Source of the DNA: Patescibacteria group bacterium
Lineage (GTDB): Bacteria; Patescibacteriota; JABMPQ01; JAQVVF01
DNA length: 64,000 nt
Reading direction: 5' to 3'
Assembly (NCBI GenBank): GCA_041662665.1
Contig: JBAZSC010000003.1
Span: 4,603-68,602, forward strand
A model generated the notes under the pieces. That model made no database searches, was not told where the DNA came from, and saw only the letters and a list, made by a program, of their open reading frames with translations. This document shows positions 49,659 through 56,801 of the stretch, piece after piece. A program made the translations under genes and the position numbers. Position 1 is the stretch's first letter; each line of letters starts with the position of its first letter.

Positions 49659-49783
49659 AAGTTATAAACAACCCAACATGTTTTGTTGAGTTTTTTTTAT
49701 TTTTGGGTTAGAATAATGTTAGTAAACAGGAAACAGAAAACAGTATTTTCTATTTTCTATTTTTCATTAACTATTTTCTATAA

Positions 49784-51169
49784 ATGAAACGATCTGAATT
49801 ATTTTTTACTGCGGCATTAGTACCACTTGACTTTTTAATGTTATTATTGGCTGCTGTTTCAGCTTATTTTTTGAGATTCACTTCTTACTTTGTAGATCTT
49901 CGAGAAGTAAAATTTGATATGCCGTTTGCAAAATTTATAGTATTTGTTTCTATTATTGCTTTGGCTTGGTTAATAATTTTTGCCTTTTTGGGATTATATG
50001 ATGTAAAAAAGAAAAGAAGATTTGTTGATGATTTATATTTAGTTTTTGTTGCAGTTTCAACTGGCATGGCAGCAATATTTGCATATTTGTTTTTTTCACA
50101 AGAATTATTTGGGTCGCGTTTCATTGTTTTATTTGTATGGTTGTTCAGTATTGTCTATGTTGTTATTGCAAGACAATTTGTAAAAATTTTTCAAAAATGG
50201 CTTTATAGATTCAACATTGGCGTTCATCGAGTAGTTTTAGTTGGTCTTAATTCAATCAGTCAAAGCATAGTTAAATATTTAACCGAAAAAAAATATTCTG
50301 GCTATAAAGTGGTGGCAAGAATAAAAAGTTTTGATGAAACAGTTGAAGGAACATTGGAAAGAATTTCTCAACGAAAAGGCATTGATGAAATTATTCAGAT
50401 AGATCCAAAATTACCAAAAGGCCAAGTATTATCTTTGATTGATTTTGCTGATGAAAGAAAAATTGATTTTAAATATGCTCCAGATCTTTTTGGAACTCAA
50501 GCAACGAATATTGATGTTGAAACTTTTTATGGCGTACCGATTGTATATTTAAGGAGAACTCCTTTGGATGGATGGGGTAGAATTATAAAAAGAATAATTG
50601 ATTTTATTTTAGCATTAATTTTATTGATTATTTTATCGCCAATATTTTTTTTAGTCGCATTAATTATAAAAATTGATTCACGAGGTCCAGTGTTTGTGAG
50701 ATTGAAGCGTGTTAAAAAAGATGGAGAATTCTATATTTTTAAATTCAGGTCAATGGTTAAAAATGCGCATAAAATGAAAAAGGAATTATTAAAATATAGT
50801 GATAGAAAGGGTCCATTATTTAAGATGAAGGATGATCCTCGAGTTACCAGGGTTGGCAGAATTTTGAGAAAAACAAGAATTGATGAATTACCGCAATTGA
50901 TGAATGTTGTTTGCAATGAAATGAGCTTAATCGGTCCAAGACCGCATGAGCCACAAGAGGTTGAAAAATATACAAAACATCAAAGAAGAGTTTTGGAAAT
51001 AAAACCTGGAATGACTGGAATGGCTCAAGTTTCTGGAGCTTCAGATCTTAGTTTTAATGAAGAAGTTAGATTAGATACTTATTATATTGAAGATTGGTCA
51101 TTGTTATTAGATTTACAGATTTTTTTAAAAACAATTATTATTGTTATAACAATGCATGGAGCAGCGTAG
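49784..51169 (+). CDS. Polyprenyl-phosphate sugar phosphotransferase (bacterial sugar transferase family, WbaP/EpsB-like), initiating enzyme
   Basis: N-terminal TM bundle, then C-terminal catalytic domain with RPxxPxLxQL-type block ...DELPQLMNV... and LIGPRPH. Confidence 0.85.
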   Translation: MKRSELFFTAALVPLDFLMLLLAAVSAYFLRFTSYFVDLREVKFDMPFAKFIVFVSIIALAWLIIFAFLGLYDVKKKRRFVDDLYLVFVAVSTGMAAIFAYLFFSQELFGSRFIVLFVWLFSIVYVVIARQFVKIFQKWLYRFNIGVHRVVLVGLNSISQSIVKYLTEKKYSGYKVVARIKSFDETVEGTLERISQRKGIDEIIQIDPKLPKGQVLSLIDFADERKIDFKYAPDLFGTQATNIDVETFYGVPIVYLRRTPLDGWGRIIKRIIDFILALILLIILSPIFFLVALIIKIDSRGPVFVRLKRVKKDGEFYIFKFRSMVKNAHKMKKELLKYSDRKGPLFKMKDDPRVTRVGRILRKTRIDELPQLMNVVCNEMSLIGPRPHEPQEVEKYTKHQRRVLEIKPGMTGMAQVSGASDLSFNEEVRLDTYYIEDWSLLLDLQIFLKTIIIVITMHGAA

Positions 51170-51312
51170 TGCGAAATCCTGAATTCTAAATCCTAAACTC
51201 TAAACAAATCAAAAATCCAAATATTAAAATTCAAAGAGTTGGGTTTTGAAATTTAGGTTTTATGTTTTGAATTTATTTAGAATTTAGAGTTTAGAAATTA
51301 GAATTTTAATTT

Positions 51313-52437
51313 ATGAAGGTCGCTTTAGTACATGATTTTTTAAATCAAGTTGGTGGAGCTGAAAAAGTTTTGGAAATTTTTCATGAAATTTTTCCGAGAG
51401 CTCCTGTCTATACAATTACCTACGATGAAAAAGAAACTCGGGGTGTTTTTAAGCACTTAAATATTAAGACGTCTTTTATTCAACGTTTGCCTTTTGGTGT
51501 CAAACAATACAAATGGTATATTTCAATGATGCCGGCAGCAATTGAGCAATTTGATTTTTCTAAATATGATATTGTTTTATCTGATTGTTCTGCTTTTTCA
51601 AAAGGCGTGATTGTTCGACCAGAGACTTTGCATATTAGCTATGTTCATTCACCAACAAGATATCTTTGGAATGATACGCACAGCTATACTGAAGAAATAA
51701 AACAACCAGGTGTTATCAAAAAAATGTTGCCTTTAGTATTGCAAAAAATTAGGACTTGGGATCAATTGGCAGCTTTGAGAGTTGATAAAATGATTGCAAA
51801 TTCCAAAACTGTTTCAGAAAGAATTGAAAAATATTATAAAAGAAAAAGTGATATTATTTATCCGCCAGTTGAAACAGACAAATATTATATTTCTAATGAC
51901 ATTGATGATTATTTTTTGGTTGTCTCTAGACTTCGTCCATACAAGCGAGTTGATTTAGTTGTTGAAGCTTTTAATGCATTGCGTTTGCCTTTGAAAGTAA
52001 TCGGCACAGGAGAAGAATTAGAAACTTTAAAGAAAATGGCAAATGATAATATTGAATTTTTAGGTCCAGTTTCTGATAAAGAAAAAGCTTATTATCTTTC
52101 AAGATGCAAGGCGTTTATTCATCCGCAAGAAGAAGATTTTGGTATTACAGCTCTGGAAGCAATGGCATCTGGTAGACCAGTAATTGCTTATAAAAAAGGC
52201 GGAGCAGTGGAAACTGTAATTCCTGGTAAGAGCGGTATTCTATTTGAAGATCAATCGCCTTGGAGTTTAGTTGATGCAGTTCGTGATTTTGATTCGAAAA
52301 ATTTTAATCCAGAAGAAATTAGAAAAAGAGCTTTGGATTTTGATATTAAATTATTTAAAGATAGAATTGAAAAATATATTTTTGATTCTTATCGAGAATT
52401 TAAAGATAGCAGAGAAAATTATTATAAAATAAATTAA
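51313..52437 (+). CDS. Glycosyltransferase family 4
   Basis: GT4 E-x7-E region EDFGITALEAMASGRPVIA. Confidence 0.82.
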   Translation: MKVALVHDFLNQVGGAEKVLEIFHEIFPRAPVYTITYDEKETRGVFKHLNIKTSFIQRLPFGVKQYKWYISMMPAAIEQFDFSKYDIVLSDCSAFSKGVIVRPETLHISYVHSPTRYLWNDTHSYTEEIKQPGVIKKMLPLVLQKIRTWDQLAALRVDKMIANSKTVSERIEKYYKRKSDIIYPPVETDKYYISNDIDDYFLVVSRLRPYKRVDLVVEAFNALRLPLKVIGTGEELETLKKMANDNIEFLGPVSDKEKAYYLSRCKAFIHPQEEDFGITALEAMASGRPVIAYKKGGAVETVIPGKSGILFEDQSPWSLVDAVRDFDSKNFNPEEIRKRALDFDIKLFKDRIEKYIFDSYREFKDSRENYYKIN

Positions 52438-52446
52438 AAAATAATT

Positions 52447-53058
52447 ATGAATCCAAAGAATTATATTCAAGTAGTTTTAAGGCACAAATTTACAATAATT
52501 GCGTGTATTGTTTTGTGCGGTTTGGCAGCGTTGATTTATGCTTATGTAAAGCCTCAATCTTTTAGTTCAAATATTTCAATGTCTTTTCATAGAGTGAACA
52601 AAGAGGCAACAGTTGATTATCAATATGATAATTATTATGCTGGCAAGGCTGTAGAAATTGTTTCTAATACTGTTGCTGGATGGTTGCAAACTCCAAATAT
52701 TGTTCAGGAAATTTATACAACAGCAAATGTTACTCCTGATGATATTTATAAAGATGCAAAGAAATTTAAACCAAAACAAGTTTCTGCTCATCAAGTAGAA
52801 ATGAGATTAACTAATAAAAATAGGCAAGATTTGGAAAAATTATCAAAAGCAACTGTGTCTGTTATGAAAAATAAAGTTGCAAATTTGGAAGTAACAAATG
52901 AACAGAAAAATGCTTTTGATGTGATTTCTGAAGATCCAATAATTACAGAAGTAAAATATAGTCCATTAATGTTGACTTTGATTGGACTTGTGGCTGGATT
53001 ATTTGTGGGCATTGGATTAGCATTTTTGTGGGAGTATTTTAGAGATGAAAGTAACTAG
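52447..53058 (+). CDS. Short polysaccharide co-polymerase / chain-length determinant (Wzz-like) protein
   Basis: N-terminal TM, periplasmic-type middle, C-terminal TM with a G-rich helix (LIGLVAGLFVGIGLAFLWEYF). Located within the glycan locus. Confidence 0.5.
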   Translation: MNPKNYIQVVLRHKFTIIACIVLCGLAALIYAYVKPQSFSSNISMSFHRVNKEATVDYQYDNYYAGKAVEIVSNTVAGWLQTPNIVQEIYTTANVTPDDIYKDAKKFKPKQVSAHQVEMRLTNKNRQDLEKLSKATVSVMKNKVANLEVTNEQKNAFDVISEDPIITEVKYSPLMLTLIGLVAGLFVGIGLAFLWEYFRDESN

Positions 53059-53084
53059 TAATAAGTAACTAGTAACTGAATTTT

Positions 53085-54134
53085 ATGGAGAGATCTGTTG
53101 AGACTTCGCAATTTGCAGATATTAAAGAACCTGGAGAAGTAAAAGAAACTCCAGGTTTTGAATTTGAAAAAACAGAATATTCAGAACAGTTTGTTACAGA
53201 AGCAAATGAAATTGCAAAAGCAATAGAAAGAGACAAGCCAGTTTTGCTTGATCAAGTGTTGAAATTAAGAGAAGCATTAGAAAAAATGGTTGAATCAGAT
53301 CCAAAAGTTGAAGCAAAAAGATTGTTTGGCGAAGGATATATGGGACCAGATGAAATAGAAGCTCATTTTACAGTTCAAGATGAGAATGGAAATGTTGAAA
53401 AGTTATTTGAATATACTCCTGAAGAAAAAGAGAAGATCAATCAGATGTTGCGAGAGAAATTAGATGATCCGCAAATCAAAGATTTAATCAGAAGAACACC
53501 AAAAGAAGAATTGCGAGAAAAATTTCAGCTATTTCTTTTTCCTGATAAATTCAAAGATGGCATGCCGGTAACAATGAAAAGTTTGAATGAAAGATTTCAG
53601 CCTGAAATGACAAGACGAGGTTTAGGAAAATTGTTTGTCGGTGATGTTACTGAAAGTTGGTATGCTAAAGTTGAAGAGCCATTTTTTATTTCAGATTCAG
53701 CTAAAAAATTAGAATGGAAACTAGTTAGTCGTGGAAATATTGAAGGTTCATATAATCATGATGCTTTTGATGAAACTAGAATTTTGCGAGAATTTTTAAC
53801 AGTAAATAACTTAGCAACTACTGAAGAATTAGCCGAGGCTTGGAATGGAAAACTAGATGCTTTAAGACAGTTACAACTAACTGACGTGAAGGATGCAGCC
53901 AGACAATTATCAGAACTTAAAATTAACCAAAATTACAGAATGGATCCTTTGCAAGTGATATTCTTGCATGCAATGCAGAAAAGTTTTCTAGGAAATAATT
54001 ATACAAGAACCGCTAAGCTTTCATCAGATGGCCGCTTGGTTGATGTTGGTCGCTGTAGTGCTGGTGGTGCGGGAGTGCGTACTGCGTTTCTTGTTAATTT
54101 CAGTGGTATTTTGGGTGTTTCTTTTTCCATCTAA
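53085..54134 (+). CDS. Unknown-family protein, third member of the family at 40851/41612 (shared N-terminal ~80 aa, different C-terminal region)
   Basis: IKEPGEVKETPGFEFEKTEYSE...LKLREALEKM parallels IMESGVEKTPGLEIAKTEESE...IMLREALGKL. Confidence 0.5.
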   Translation: MERSVETSQFADIKEPGEVKETPGFEFEKTEYSEQFVTEANEIAKAIERDKPVLLDQVLKLREALEKMVESDPKVEAKRLFGEGYMGPDEIEAHFTVQDENGNVEKLFEYTPEEKEKINQMLREKLDDPQIKDLIRRTPKEELREKFQLFLFPDKFKDGMPVTMKSLNERFQPEMTRRGLGKLFVGDVTESWYAKVEEPFFISDSAKKLEWKLVSRGNIEGSYNHDAFDETRILREFLTVNNLATTEELAEAWNGKLDALRQLQLTDVKDAARQLSELKINQNYRMDPLQVIFLHAMQKSFLGNNYTRTAKLSSDGRLVDVGRCSAGGAGVRTAFLVNFSGILGVSFSI

Positions 54135-54146
54135 TTTTATTTAAGT

Positions 54147-55337
54147 ATGATAATCGGTATCGATATAAGATCATTAATGGAAGGGAAAAGAAGCGGAGTA
54201 CAGCAATATCTGATTAATTTAATGCGCAATTTGTTTGTTATAGATTCTAAAAATCAATACAAACTATTTTGTAATGCTTATAAAAAAAATAGTTTGGATG
54301 TCAGTGAATTTGAAAAATTTCCTAACGTCAAAGTTTGCAAATTTAATTATCCTAATAAGGTTTTGAATACTAGTTTCTGGTTGTTGAAATATCCAAAGAT
54401 CGATAGTTTGATCAAAGATTTGGATATTTTTTTTGCGCCAAATATTTTGTTTTCAGCCATTTCTCCTAATTGTAAATTTGTAACAACAATTCATGATTTG
54501 TCATTTGATTATTTTAGACGATTTTATTCAATGAAGCGGAGATTTTGGCATAATATTGTTGGACCGAAAAAAAAGATTAAGAAATCCGATGCTGTAATTT
54601 GTGTTTCGGAGTCGACGGCGAATGATTTGATTAATAAATATGGTGTTTCTAAAGATAAAGTGCATGTTGTATATTCGGGCATAGAGAATAGACAACAGGA
54701 AACAGAAAACAGGAAACTAGATATTAAAAATAAATATAATTTGTCGGATAATTTTGTGTTGTTTCTTGGAGCAATGGAGCCAAGGAAAAATATTGTGGGA
54801 TTGATTGAAGCCTTTGAGTTACTTAAAAAACAAGAAAACAATAAAACAAAAAAACAAACTGACTACAAATTACAAATAACAAATAATTTTCAAAATTTGA
54901 AACTTGTTGTTGCTGGTTCTTCTGGCTGGTTAGAAAAAAGAGTGAATAAAATTTATGAGCAAAGTAAATTTAAAAATGATATAATGTTTTTAGGATATGT
55001 TGATGAAAAAGATAAATCTGCTTTGTACAGTTTAGCAAAATTGTTTGTTTATCCGTCTTTTTATGAAGGATTTGGTTTTCCGCCCCTTGAAGCAATGGCT
55101 TGCAATTGTCCAGTTGTAACTTCTAATGTTGGATCATTATCTGAAGTTTGTGAAAAAGCAGCGATTTTAGTTGATCCATATAATGTTAATGAAATCTTTG
55201 AAGCAATGAAGCAAGGACTTTCTGATGAAAAGTTGCGTAAATATTTGATTGCTGAAGGGCAAAAACAAGTTGTTAAGTTTAATTGGCAGAATTGTGCGAG
55301 GGAGACGCTTAAGGTATTCGAAATGTTAAATAGTTGA
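54147..55337 (+). CDS. Glycosyltransferase family 4
   Basis: EGFGFPPLEAMACNCPVVTSNVGSLSEV. Confidence 0.82.
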   Translation: MIIGIDIRSLMEGKRSGVQQYLINLMRNLFVIDSKNQYKLFCNAYKKNSLDVSEFEKFPNVKVCKFNYPNKVLNTSFWLLKYPKIDSLIKDLDIFFAPNILFSAISPNCKFVTTIHDLSFDYFRRFYSMKRRFWHNIVGPKKKIKKSDAVICVSESTANDLINKYGVSKDKVHVVYSGIENRQQETENRKLDIKNKYNLSDNFVLFLGAMEPRKNIVGLIEAFELLKKQENNKTKKQTDYKLQITNNFQNLKLVVAGSSGWLEKRVNKIYEQSKFKNDIMFLGYVDEKDKSALYSLAKLFVYPSFYEGFGFPPLEAMACNCPVVTSNVGSLSEVCEKAAILVDPYNVNEIFEAMKQGLSDEKLRKYLIAEGQKQVVKFNWQNCARETLKVFEMLNS

Positions 55338-55340
55338 TGA

Positions 55341-55509
55341 ATTTTTAATTTTCAATTTCTAATTTCTATTAAATTTTTAATGCATTAATTTCTAAACGCT
55401 TTCGTCAAAGGTTTAAAAATTAGTTAATTAGAGTTAAAAGCGACATTAAGGAGCTTTTAACGGGTAGTAACCCTTTAATAGAAATTGAAAATTAGAAATT
55501 AGAAATTTT
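55341..55509. repeat. Palindromic intergenic element, family A, longest copy
   Basis: ttcaatttctaatttctat ... gaaattgaaaattagaaattagaaatttt. Contains the internal hairpin gttaaaagc...gcttttaac, which also occurs at 43385-43412. Confidence 0.65.
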
Positions 55510-55511
55510 CT

Positions 55512-56639
55512 ATGCGAATTGCAATTGACGCTCGTTTCTTTGGTCCCTTTGGAAAAGGCCTTGGGCGTTATACTGAAAAATTAATAAAATATTTAGAAAA
55601 AGTTGATCAGAAAAATGATTATACTATTTTTTTGCGTAAAGAAAATTTTGATTATTATATAGTTGAAAACAAAAATTTTAAAAAAGAATTGGCTGATTTT
55701 AAATGGTATACATTAAATGAGCAAAGAAATATGCCAAAAGTTTTGAAAAAAGGTAATTTTGATTTAGTCCATTTTCCGCATTTTAATGTTCCATTATTTT
55801 ATAAAGGCGATTTTGTAGTAACAATTCATGATTTGATTCTGCTTGATTTTCCAACAAAAAGAACAACTACGCTTGGACCGATAAAATATGCCTTAAAAAA
55901 TATGGCTTATAAAAAAGTTATTAGCTCTGCAGTTAAAAAAGCAAAAAAAGTAATAACAGTTTCCGAATATACTAAAAAAAGATTAATAGAGCATTTTGAT
56001 TTAGATGATGATAAAATTGTGGTAACATATGAAGCTTGCGAGAAAATTCATCCAGAAAAAGAAGTGATAAATAAAGATTTTTTAAGAATGCATAAGATTG
56101 AAAAGAATTATCTATTGTATGTTGGCAATGCATATCCGCATAAAAATCTTGAAAGATTATTGAAAGTTTTTAAAAATTTAAGAAAAGATAATTTTGATTA
56201 TCAGCTTGTTTTAGTTGGAAAAAATGATTATTTTTATCAAAGATTACAAGATTTAGCAAAAGAGTTAGGATTGCTAGATTCTAACCAAGTTGTTTTTTAT
56301 GGTTTTGCTAAAGATAGCGATCTTGCTACTTTATATCAAAATGCATCTTTATATGTTTTTCCATCTTTTATTGAGGGTTTTGGTTTGCCACCTCTTGAAG
56401 CAATGAGCTATGGTTTGCCAGTTGTAACTTCAAAAACTTCTTGTTTGCCAGAAATTTTGGGAGATGCAGCGCAATATTTTGATCCAAAAATAGAGAAAGA
56501 TATTGCTGATGTCATTTTAAATGTTATTAATGATAATATTTTAAAGGAAGAAATGAAGAGTAAGGGCTTAGAGCAAGTGAAAAAATATAGTTGGGAAAGA
56601 TGTGCAAAAGAAACGTTAGATGTGTACGAGAGTTTATAA
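55512..56639 (+). CDS. Glycosyltransferase family 4
   Basis: EGFGLPPLEAMSYGLPVVTSKTSCLPEI. Confidence 0.82.
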   Translation: MRIAIDARFFGPFGKGLGRYTEKLIKYLEKVDQKNDYTIFLRKENFDYYIVENKNFKKELADFKWYTLNEQRNMPKVLKKGNFDLVHFPHFNVPLFYKGDFVVTIHDLILLDFPTKRTTTLGPIKYALKNMAYKKVISSAVKKAKKVITVSEYTKKRLIEHFDLDDDKIVVTYEACEKIHPEKEVINKDFLRMHKIEKNYLLYVGNAYPHKNLERLLKVFKNLRKDNFDYQLVLVGKNDYFYQRLQDLAKELGLLDSNQVVFYGFAKDSDLATLYQNASLYVFPSFIEGFGLPPLEAMSYGLPVVTSKTSCLPEILGDAAQYFDPKIEKDIADVILNVINDNILKEEMKSKGLEQVKKYSWERCAKETLDVYESL

Positions 56640-56801
56640 AGTTATAAGGTTATAAAGTTGGAGCATTATTCATGCTCTATTTTTTTTGATAAAAATATGT
56701 TATTATAAATTCGCGAATAGACACAAATGAAGCACAAATTTCACTAATGAATATCTGTGTATTTGTGTGATTTGTGCTAGAATAGTGCAAATTCGAGATT
56801 C

